A stretch of DNA of 64,000 bases from Phoronis australis (Eukaryota > Animalia > Phoronida). Of this stretch, positions 12,970-24,537 are shown in pieces. The stretch spans positions 280,961-344,960 of the forward strand of contig NMRA01000315.1 of the NCBI GenBank assembly GCA_002633005.1. The letters run 5' to 3'. Every line of letters begins with the position of its first letter. Position 1 is the first letter of the stretch. The notes beneath the pieces were generated by a model that ran no database searches, had not been told where the DNA came from, and was given only the letters and a program-made list of their open reading frames with translations. The position numbers and the translations under genes were made by a program.

Positions 12970-15900
12970 GAGTCACTGCATGAGAACGTCAGGCAATTTG
13001 CAATATTATGGGAGCATGACATGTCACGAATTTTAAATTTGATATAGTATATATATCACTTGAGGTGAATTAGTTACAAAAATATAAAAGTTAGTTTTGT
13101 CTTTCGTCACTTTGTAAAAAAACGAATAACTAAATCGGGTGAAAAAATGACCTAACCCCTTTTGCGCGACTGTTGAAAATGCCCTATGTTTCCATGGGAA
13201 TTAAACCACTTTGCGGGCGTTTCAAAAATGAAAATTGATTGAGTTATGAAAAACTATCCTTTTTGTAATTGACAATGCCAAAAATTTTCAGAATGACGTC
13301 TTTTGATATTTTTAAGGAACTTTTGAATGCCTTGCCTCCACGGGCCAAAAACAGCTACCAATTTAGACCTATATAGAGGCCTATGTAATTCAAGCGCGCA
13401 AGAACGCATACCACCCACACATGGGTTCTGTGATAGCTACAGCTCTCGTCTTTGACAAGATATCGTTATTTCCGTGGACAGCACCTTTTTAATTCTCGAA
13501 TTTGCACTTTAGCGAAGGCCCTTTCACCACTTTCACCTGTTTCACACTGCCATCAAAAGAGGGTGGCAAAGCAGAAAATATGAAAAATATGATCTAAATT
13601 GAAAGTAAATCGTAATAAAAAATCAAATTAAATTTTATTTAAGGTAACCAGAATTGCTTCGAGCTTTCTTTTAGCGATGTTGCGTTATTGACATTTAGCT
13701 AAGAAACAGAATGAGGTTCACAAAAATAGGTCACGCTCTGAAGGAAAATGGCAAAGCCAGCGAGCCGCTGTTTACTTACAACAAAAATATTGTCAAATAC
13801 CCGAAAAGTGTCAAGGCACTAGATCACTTGGAAGAATGGGAGTTAATTGGCAATCTGGCACGAATGGGAGTGTTAGAGACAAAGGAACTGGCCAGCCTGT
13901 TAGAACAAAACATCATCTGTCCAAAGCACCGCATGTGGCAGTATCCAGGTTGTAAGCCAAGGTGTACGTCTGCAGCCTCGGGAATACAAAGGGTGTTCAC
14001 CACTACGTCAACTAAATAACTTCTCATTTGAAGGTGAGCTACGTAACAATTCATAGTATGGGCTGTATACAGTTACATAGACTATTTTTTCTCAGAAATC
14101 TCACCGTCATTAGTCATACCATCTGAGAACTAGTTTCAGGTGTGTACATGTACGTGGTCTGAAACACAAGTTAAATATTTGATGGAATGGAATATTCTTT
14201 TATAGCTTGATTTTTAAAAAGGATTTGTAGTCCAATGCTTACAACTAAGTTACCTATTCCAACAAGAAAATTGGTTGCTTGAAAAGCATATGGGATCGGA
14301 GATGGGGTGGTTTTGGAGAATCCTGCTTCTGATTGCAAACCAATGGAACTAGTGGTTGAGGAATATCATGTTGCATCCTCATTGAGACCTTTCATTAGTT
14401 TCAGCAATCGGAAGACGAAGATATTCCTGTGTCCAAAAGATGGATGTAACAACACTTTTGCCTCTCGAAACGAACTCAAGCAGCAAGTCAGCATGGGCTG
14501 GCATGATAAACAGCCAACAGCACTTAAAGATCATCGCTGATGTGGGGAGAAAGTGGGCTGCCAAAGTCATTAGTATAGAAGGTGAAGTTCATGATCTAAC
14601 AGCATGTTCATTGAACTCAATTTGGCATCACAAACCCATAAGTTTGACGTATAACCTTCGCTGTGCATTTTAGTCACTGATTGTTCCTAGTTGACTTAAT
14701 AGTCAACATGGAAATACGCTGTGTGATGTTCTATATTACAAACCAAAAAAGTGAAGCTGTTGTGGAGTATGCTACTCAATAGCCTATGCAGCCATGGCTT
14801 GGACGTTCCCACAAATTTAGGCTGGATTTTTTGACGTGGATTATTGTATCAATCAGACCACTCAAACAGCACAATTCTCTCACTTATGACCACAGAATTT
14901 GGATTTTGTAAGCTTGTTTTGTGAATTCACAAAACATGGCTACCCATCCAAAAAGCATGACTCCTGGTGTTGCATCCAGCTTTGTTACCTTTAAAAACTC
15001 CTCACACACTCTTCCCTGAGTCATGTACAGGATTCTTAGTCACGTGAATTTTTGAACTGATTATTGGTTGCAAAAGCTGTGTTTGATTTGTATGAACAGG
15101 AATCAGCTTACAATTAGGTGTGTGAGTGGTGTTTACGAGTGTTTGACAATTGTTGTTCTGGTAAGTTGCCAATGGACTAGATAACATATACTATCTTATT
15201 GAGTTTTACATTTGCAGGTGTAAAAATGCTGGCAGCTAGTACCCAAACATCAGGAGAGTCATACAGGACAATGGGGTGGGCTCTGAAGTCAGCATAAAGG
15301 TCTGAAATAATGACTGAAAGCGTAAAGATGTTTTTGACTGTTGCGTTCAGCGAAGGCATGAAAACTGGTCAAAAAAGCGATCCAGTGAGGTGTTCTCAAC
15401 AAATTAGAACTGCAGGACATAATCATAGAACAGCTGTTGAATACCGTGAGCAGTATCTATGTAGATCGTAATCATCAGTGTTACTGTATTCTTGTTGTGC
15501 ACCTTATGGCGTGTCTATTGCTATGAAGTGATGTTACTAGTTAGTTTGATTCCATGACATTTTCTGTGAAATTTTTTTCTCGCGCCAAGAGTGTTCCTTT
15601 AACTGTCATTTCGGGGCTATTTGTTTACATTAATATACAGTACAAGCCAAACGTTTCCTGACAAAATGACCCGGAATTCCTTGCTATGATAGCTGGGGCA
15701 AAAGTAGAATTCGTGGTCAAAGGAAAGTTAGTATGGTGGCTAAGACATTCTGTAATTAGCTGTGGCAATAGCTATTACCAGTCATTTTTCCATTAACAGG
15801 ACTAGCCATCAAGTGGGGCAAAGATTTATATTGTCTGATAATTTTTGCCTTGTTCTGTATTACTGTTTGCAAGCATGCTTGTGTAGACCCATTATGCTGT

Positions 15901-18793
15901 CATCCCGGTCTTTTTGGTCTGGCATCTGCTGCTTCCTCTCCAAATCCTTAGTGAATGTGAAATTTTTTAAATGAGATGACACAAGGCAGTTTTGGGATGT
16001 ATTTGACTACCACTGGGCCCCTAGTGGCAACTTTACTTCTTCATGTTAGTCTCTTTATCTAGCACGTTCCTTGACTGATTTTCATCAAATTTTGCAAATA
16101 AGTTTCAGTTATGGAGACAGCCACATTTTCCTACTTCCTGGCGTACCAATGTAATCTGTGCAGAAATGTTGACATTGAGATGAGCACGACTGACACTGAT
16201 TGTTGATTGGACGATCTCCTATGGTGCCCTTTAATGGCTGTGCTGTAGGGGTAAAAATAAAGGTAAATAGGCGCCCAAAGCCCACCGTATCGCCTTGAGC
16301 ACTGGTCGTAACTGATGGGGCGTAGGCACTACGTTCAAATGCCAAAAGGTGGTTGGTTGCTTCTACCTGTGCCTACGCGCCACTACACCACTGCTTAATG
16401 GCAATTTAGTTTTTCTTTATGTATGCCTCTATATCTACCAATTTTCTTGAAGTATTTTCGTGCAATATTGTACATTTGTTTCGGTTGAGGAACGAGAACA
16501 AACTGCTATTTTCGGCTGGATTTAAAATATTCTGTGCCACTAAAGAATATTATTACTGGCGTCAGCCTCTCTGTTCTTGAAATTGCTTGGAGGATATTTC
16601 TGAAAATTTTCTCATGTGTTCCTATTGAGATGATCACGACTGCCAGTTTTCAGATGAGTGCAATCACTGAGGCGCCCGGAGTGGCAATTTGTTTGTTTAT
16701 CTGCACCGCAATATTTACAAAATTGTGCTGATGAATCTGAGTGCAATATTATGTATGTGTTACATTACTGAGGAGTGTATGTCCGGCATAAATTTTAGGA
16801 CGTCTGAGTGCTGCGGTGTCCTCTAACAGTTCTGTATCAACCAAGTATTTTGATGTATGTAATTTGACAAGAATATGACAGTGGTTGTCTTGTTTCAGAT
16901 GAGTATAATGTATGCTGCACCACCTAGAGGTTTTTATTATTTTATATATTACATATTATTAACATCCCTGGAAGCACACTGCCAGAGGTACAATCTTGGG
17001 CGCTTTGCGTTTTTCCTGTTTTTGTATGCTGCTCGGACAAAAATTGCAGTGTGATGTAGACTATGGTTTCATTTTTACTTCTTTTGATCAAAGATCTCGA
17101 TACCCAAAACTTAACGTTCACAACCAGCTTTAACACCCACACTTGTATAATACACATATGCACTATAATCAATTGCAGGTGGGAAACTAAAGTGTCCAAT
17201 CCATAGATCGATGTCAACTACGACCAAAGGCTGCGTTGTATAAATTTCCTGTGTTTTTCTATGTGTTGCAAGTCAGAGTTTCCATGAGTATTAGATAATA
17301 AAACACTTAAACTCCCCTATACCTTAAGTAAAATAATTTGACATTTTCGTAGTCTGTCTGTATTTCAAATTCATAGCACCACTGCAATTGCCCGTTTTGA
17401 AATTCTGTATCTACTGGTGGTTTACATCTGATGCCCAGATTAACCAATGACATCGCTAGCGCTATGTAGTATTTTATGTACATCTCGAATTCATATTGTT
17501 CTAGGGATTTTCTATAATCAAGGTTGGAATCTTCTGGTCCATTCTCATCTGAACCTGCAATTCTTAGTCGAATCTACGTTGCAATCGTCATCACTAAAAT
17601 GGAAGTCCCGGTGATAATTGTAAATACAACGGGCTGAAACGTTGCTTCAAGAACTGTTGAGTGGAGGTTGGCGAAAACTCTCCTATAGAAATAGCAATAG
17701 TCAATATACGTTTTCCGTGCATTGAATAGTTAGCCAAAAATATAGGATTTCTCAAAGTTATACGCTTGGGCGCGCCCTAAAATATTGACTTTGCACTGCA
17801 TAATGAGTACAACTTGCTCAACAGAAGGTAAACCGGTGTGCCATCTGATGAGCAGCAAAAAAATTACTACCCGGAAGATTTTCACCTTTAGAGGATGAGT
17901 GCTCCTTGTGGGTCTTCGGTACTTAAAGGGTATCGTTAGCAATAACCATTCAAGTATGATTTTTGGCTTGCCTCGTGTTAATATTCGTTCCCATTTTTTT
18001 CGGAAGCACTTAACGTTACTAGACGTCAAGTAGACATTACAGGACTGACCGTTTTGAGGCCGTAATTTCAGCTTTAATTGTAAAGTTCTGAGCACTAGTC
18101 GCAAGAATTTTAATGCAATTCCGATTTCGAGCTTTGAAAAAAACTTAACGATCTTGTTGACATCGTTTTTTGTTACTCATAAATGTTTAGAACTTTGTTG
18201 GTTTGTTAATGGGAGTGTGACAGTAATGGCGAACAGGACGACCGATATCAGCGAAGTGGGTGGTTTCAATAAAAGCATGCAGGGCACACAGGTCGCTGTC
18301 CACGAATGTTTTAATAGATATGTACTCTACAAGGGCTCGGCTTTCACATGTAGTACGTTACATTTCTGAGTGTTTTTGCACGGTGAAAGAATTAACGATC
18401 GAATAAAGGGCATTTCCTCCAGTTACACAGGTTGACTTAAGTGGGTTGAATAAGTATAACAAAAATAGCTAATTTGCGAATACGTTTCAACTATTAGTTT
18501 TACAATTTCATGTAGACAGAAGTTGTGTTTATTCAGTATTTCATTCTTAGTTTCTTTTAATTTGTTGTTGTTGCACAGTGATGCAACAAAAATGCTAAAA
18601 TTTGATGGTTTCCGAAGTCATAAACTAGCCAAAAATTTCGAGGGGGCAGTTTTCTGTGAAGAAGGTAGATATTTTACATAAAATTATTTTAGATGTTGAC
18701 CATTCCACCTAAGAGTAAAAATAAGCTATATTTCAAAATAATCCGTGACATGTAATGTTCCCGCATCTGCCTGACTTTCTCATGCAGTGACTC
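12970..18793 (+). mobile_element. Sola3-type DNA transposon, internally deleted and decayed
   Basis: TTAA on both sides (12966-12969, 18794-18797); long imperfect TIRs beginning GAGTCACTGCATGAGAA.GTCAGGCA; transposase relics ELIGNLARMG...ICPKHR (about 13840-13930), C2H2-like CPKDGCNNTF....L (about 14425-14500) and MGWALK...GMKTGQKSDP (15271-15385). Confidence 0.82.
16510..16750 (-). pseudogene. SGNH/GDSL-esterase-like relic inside the Sola3 element
   Basis: IILHSDS, a frameshift, then ATPGAS...VVIISIGTHE, matching the order of SGNH blocks I-III. Confidence 0.4.
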
Positions 18794-19686
18794 TTAATTG
18801 TACCTTTCTAGTATGTATTTAATTATTGTTTTACTACTTTATTGTATTATGTTACTGTTTTGTATTTCGTTGTTTAGGACCCTATTGGAAAGCAGTGCTG
18901 TCACTGAAGAGGCCACCCTCATTTTAAATATCACAATAAATAAATAAATTCCATAACTTTAAAAAACTGACTTTGTTCAGTCTGATTGAAGAGCTATTAT
19001 ACCAAAACAGCTAATAAATAAGACTCTCAGTCCAAGTACGCCAATGTCTCTTGAGTCAACTTGACAATTTTTTCGAGACCTGGAATACTTCTTTTTTAAT
19101 TTGAGAACAGATATTACAATAATTTCCGAAACACCACAAAAGTCTCATTTTTCCCAAGTTCTTTAAGTCCAAATCTATCCACAAGTAAATTTCAAATTTC
19201 GCCTTCCGGTTCTTATAATGACTAAAATGTACCCTACTTCTAGGTTTTTGGTGCGAAATGGACCCTGCCACACTGTTTTTCACTCAAAAAGTGACCCTCT
19301 TCAGTGGCTCTGGCACATCCGTAGACCTCGTACCCTGGGCACTTCTAAAGTCTGTTTCTTAAAGTATAATTACTTTAATTATAATTACATTGTTATTTTA
19401 TTATTATTAGTCTGATGAACAATGTTCATTTTGGTCACATTGATGACAAAGGCGGATTCAGGTTTCAAAACAACGCTGCTAATGTCGCGCTGGAGAAAGG
19501 CTCTGTCTTATAAGCGAGGTCTTGTTATCGAGAATTTAGAATTTACAGTATTTTGCTGAAACACTGTTTTTGTGAATGATGACAGTATACATGGAGNGGG
19601 GGGGGGTGTAAAATAGGATGCTGAGCTCGGGCACGTACTTTATAATTGCTAAAACTATTTCTAAATATACCATTTTCTGCTTACAG

Positions 19687-19861
19687 TCAAATGAGACTAG
19701 TGGCCTATCGAGTTACATTTGACTGGTTGCAACGAGGAAAAAAGTTGGGGCGCAAAAGGCGAACGGTGCTGCCTTCTTGCATTGTGATGGCAATCCGGGG
19801 TCGCTATCCGGCAGAGGTCGACCAAAGTGGACTATACTTGGCCGATTTAGACTTTGAGTAA
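19687..19861 (+). mobile_element. KolX / P2X7 C-terminal ballast-like last exon of a Kolobok element
   Basis: After acceptor ttacag|: QMRLVAYR.TFDWLQRGKKLGRKRRTVLPSCIVMAIRGRYP, matching R..AYR...W..G.LG...R.VlPSC.V..IR..YP. Confidence 0.8.
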
Positions 19862-20392
19862 ACAGATAAATTACCTAAATTATTTTTACGTTTTACTGAT
19901 ACAAGTGTCACTTATTCGTAATTACCTTGTTCCATTGTTTAATTGTTTCATAAATACATGTATACACTTCATTTAAATGTACCTTACTTTCTTGTATTCC
20001 AGTTTACGTTGTATAGTGAACCTGGCAGTTAAATAACAAAACTTACAAATATTGAAGAACTAGCTTACAGAAAACATATAGTGGAGCTTGCTTGATAACA
20101 TGACAGTTTTTAGTGCTTTGTTGACTTTTAATACACAAGTTTCGCCTGGTTTCATCAAACTAAATGTACAACAGTACTGTCTTCCTCACAGGGTGTCGAA
20201 CTGGGCCAATATTCACACCCACTACTCAACATCGCGCAGGGCTGCTTACATGCTCTCGGCTAGAGACAACAGCACAGGGCGAATCACTGCTGCATGTAGT
20301 TCCCGGAATTGAACGCTTAGTCTAAGTTCGGAGGCACGGGTGACAGTAGATGAAGTGCCTCCAGTCACTCTAGTGGCCACAACTCGCAAGGC

Positions 20393-20707
20393 TTATCGCT
20401 TCAAAAATGCACCTCTCGGGGTTGGCGGCGTGGCAATGCCGGGAAACAGCAGCGACGGTATGACACCCTTCATCAATTCACCGTGCATGTACATATCTCT
20501 TTCGTAATCCGGCAGAAAATGCTTGCTACATACTCGGTAATTTTCCACTGCTTTGTAGTTTGCGTGGACGGATAACACTGCTTTCTTCTCACGAACGAGC
20601 CAAATACGGCGAAGTGTGTCATCTTTCGGAAATCGATGTAATGTTGCACTTAAAGTGCGCGTGAGACGATAATGATTACATCCCGGTACGCATGAACTGT
20701 GCGACAT
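20393..20707 (-). mobile_element. THAP zinc-finger ORF (104 aa) of a Kolobok relic lacking the transposase core
   Basis: CVPGC...LHRFPKD...W...RVCSKHF...VIPSL; convergent with the KolX exon; element end at 20977 followed by TTAA and similar to the end of the 54305-55573 element. Confidence 0.85.
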
Positions 20708-21409
20708 ACTGACTGAACCGTAAACAAAACCAAACTACGACCCAACTTATCACAACCGAGGTACATGTAGAGCAATGACTGAATCGACAGCTCACACAGT
20801 CGGACTATACGAAAGGAAATGACGCGTAATTCTTGACTCCCTAAACGTCACTTCCGGTGTCGGGGACGACTAATTAATTACATTTCCAGAAATTTTAATT
20901 AACTGAAAAATATGTCTGGGATAATCAACGAATCTTATTTTTACTGAAAATGACATGAAAAGCGGTTGCTTTCACATTTAAACTACGTGTGTATGTGATT
21001 GTGGCCTTGATAAAATCATTAACTTGCTACTATTGACCTCTTATTAATTTTTTCTCTTAGGCCTTCAAAGGTTTACGGAGAAAATGTCACGTTTTTGCAT
21101 ACCGAAAACAGTGATTGAGCCGTATCTGAACCAAGAAACAGATCAACTCAGGCAAAACAACAGTAAAACCAAATTAACTTGTCAGTAAAGTTTGACTTAT
21201 CCTTTATAAGATGGCAGATTATGATGCGCCAATGAACTGAAAAAATACCGAGGAGGCGAGGATAGATACTGAAGAAACACAAACGAAGATAACGTGTGCA
21301 CCTGTAGGCTCACGACGTTCACCCACCTGCATCCATAAATGAAGCACAGGTCCATAAAATGCAATTGACATTAATTGGCCAAAATATAGAATTTTAGTGG
21401 TTTGAATAT

Positions 21410-21970
21410 AGGCACGTGGGACTAAATTCAGATTGGGTGCACCCATGACGTCAATCCGAAAACTGCGGAGAACTAGCTACTTGCCGGTTTCACTGAATAT
21501 TTTCAGGAGGCTGATGCTTCTTCCAACAACGCGCAATAATCTCATTCTGGTCATTCATCCCTCGCTAACCTAAGCGGGCCGGGTCACGTTCCATACGCAA
21601 GACAATCGCAACAACCTTGGGGCGGAAAATCTTAACTTATGGAAGGATAATAGCGCTTTTAAAGCTCTCAGCGACAACAGTTTTCCTTTCATTCACTTGC
21701 TGGAGCGGAATAAATAGGTACAGAAGCAGGGTTGGAGCCAAGATGGCCTCCCAGAGTGAATTTTGTTATGTTGTGTGACGACTTCGTTTTTAATGAGCGT
21801 GGAAATGCCATATCGGCTGCGTTGTGGAGCTGCAATGCCGCTGATCCAAGATTTTATCCGCGGGGTTTCGACGAGAGACAAACTGTTAGTGGGTGTTTTA
21901 CATTACTGTAAAAGTTACTGAGTGGAGTGCCTCCTCTGCCAGTGAACCTATCGCTCTGTATACGGGCCTG
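21410..21970. mobile_element. Possible degenerate hAT-type MITE
   Basis: Ends TAGGCACGT / ACGGGCCTG; the right end matches that of the 11550 MITE; TSD not evident. Confidence 0.3.
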
Positions 21971-23199
21971 ATGTAATTCTATTATAATTGTATGTACGTG
22001 TTAAGTTAATTACTTAACGACTTCGATTTTTCACCTCATTCACAAGTCTAAAAACTTCCTCTTAAAATAATATATATGCCACTTGAAACACATTTACATC
22101 GATGAGTAGGCCTTATCTGATTCAAAAGTTCAAATTTTTAGTGCCGTTGCGACACTGAGTATTGATTTCAAACGTCTTTTACATGTGAAAATGAATTTCT
22201 GTGACATTATCTAGCCGAGGTTCTCAATTTCGAGTAGAGCCCATGAAATGAGTTGAAACGAATTCAAATTGCATCAACGTAGAAGCCGCTCACAATTATC
22301 ACATCTTTTACGAGCGTAGGCTACTGTATAATCTTGTGGTTCAATTTCTTGCTGCTGGTACATGTATATACACTTTTGACATCATAAAAATGACGATATC
22401 AAATATCGAAACTCAACTTCTAATTTTTTTACAGCGTACAATATAACGAAACAACCAATACAGCAGAAATGTCGACAAGATCTTACCAGACCTACAAGAT
22501 GTACGACGTATCTGAAGATTAGGCACTAGCTATTTCCCGCTTTTCCCGCTATGAAAAACACTGACCCAGTTGAAAACGTATTCTCATTTATTGTTCGACT
22601 TCACTTGGCCAGGGACTTGGTAAACGCACGCCAGCCTCTCAACTCTGCCTCTCGCGGCATGCAGCTGGCTGCGCATGTCAAACTGGATCTTTAATACGGC
22701 CGCTCAAGAACCCATTAGAAACTCGGCCCCGTTTCACGACACCTTGTGTATCGTCAATAGATTTGTACAGTTAGTAGCCGCTGTCAAGAAGTCTGTTTTG
22801 AGCAATGTTCGTGTAAGGAAAGCATTTCTGACATTTTGGTCGCTGATTTTGACATTTCTTCAACGTATCATTGATCGTGGCTAATATCCAATACTTCATA
22901 ACGGCACACTGTTTTTGAGCTGCCGACTGAAAGTACGAGCTTGTGGTCGATTTAAATACGTCACCTGTCATTCGTCGTCAGTTTGCTAGATGTCGCGAAA
23001 TTAAAGATCTGTTGAGAAACTAGGGCGGCGATTGCGGGGACTTGGAGCGCTGCCTGGAGAGTCCCCTTGGTTTTCAAAACTCCCGCTCGGATATCATCAC
23101 AAAAGGTGCGACATTGTTGGTCTGTCAACTAATGTCTCATGATGCGATATACATGTACATGCCTTGTGAAGTCGGCAAACACCAGTTTGAAGAAGTTAG

Positions 23200-24200
23200 T
23201 AAACTCCGAAATAAATACAGACAATGTTGCTGTAGGTCATTTTAATATTAATAGCCTGTCCTCAAAGTTTAACGATTGTTCTGTCTATCAGAGACAACTA
23301 AAAACTGCACCTCCTCAAAACTGTAGAGTATGTTGTAAATAATCACGCTAGTCGTAGATTAGACAGAAATAGGTTTGGAGGAGGGTTTTGGTATATGTTC
23401 GAAATCATTTGTATCACAGAAGATTTGACTTAGAAAACAACAAAAATAATCGTTAGAATCGAACACCTTATCATTGACAGGATCAATATCTGCAAACCTT
23501 TTCAAGTTGTGTGACAAACTCAGCTTTTATCCAGTTTCTAAAATTTACATGCAGCAGGTCGACAATTATAATTAAAATCTTTCTTTGTGATAGGAGACCT
23601 TAATGCGAATATGTTAAATGTGCCAAATGCAATCTCTCGTTGTTAGATGTTATCCTCACAGTGTGTTGCAGAAGAATTCGGGACTCATTAATAAGTACCA
23701 GAATCAGTGACCTTCATAACCTCATAGGTATTGTTGCAACAGTTCTTTTAGCTCACTTTAAACTTAAAAATAACCTACAGAAGCATGAAGCACTTCTATG
23801 AGAACGTGTTTCAGACAATTCAGCATAAGTGAGGCACCCGTTCATGTCTCTGATGTCTTTGATGACCCTGAAGTCCGTCATGTAAGCCATTGAAGACCAT
23901 GCACCTGTAAGACATAAGATAGCAAGGAAGTTTCAGGTGCCTTTGCGTGATTAGTACTCTATGAAGACCAATCAATATTGAAGTTACGATGAGGCTGCTT
24001 TTAGATACAGGTGTACTGCTTTCAAAATGCAGAGGGGAACTTATCATTTCTCTTAAAAGTAAATCACTCCAAATTTCTGCTTAGCCAAAAATCACAAACA
24101 AAATGATCCAAAATCACTTTCGAAAACTATACCAGTACTATTAGCAAGAAGGCACCTAGACAAGTTTGCGTCTTGTTTGGACTCCAAAACCATATGGACA
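23200..24200 (+). mobile_element. Highly decayed LINE, apurinic-endonuclease region
   Basis: GHFNINSL.SK, RLDRNRFGGG, VIGDLNANM and SD.HNL motifs across frameshifts. Confidence 0.65.
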
Positions 24201-24305
24201 CAGCTTCAAAATTGAAGATATGTAACGCATACATCAAATTATATTTTAACTGCTAATCCCTATAATGGTTTAGTTGTTGCATATCAAATAGTAAACAACT
24301 CAAAA

Positions 24306-24537
24306 CACTGAGGGATTTAGGGAGGGGGGAAAAAAGTCATCGCAACCTTAAAATTCTCGCAGACTCGGCAGTTCGGTGTGCGAATTGCTGACTGGCACAT
24401 GCGCGCATCTAGGGGGCTCGGGGGGCGGAATGCACAATGCATAGCCTTGATCAAACCCCGTTTCCTGTTCTTTTTAGTAACAAGGTCCACAAACCCAAAA
24501 GTTCAAGACTTCCTACAAAATCCTGGATCCGCCCCTG
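24306..24537. mobile_element. hAT5-like MITE with 5-bp TSD CAAAA
   Basis: Ends CACTGAGGGATTTAG / CTGGATCCGCCCCTG; CAAAA on both flanks. Confidence 0.7.
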
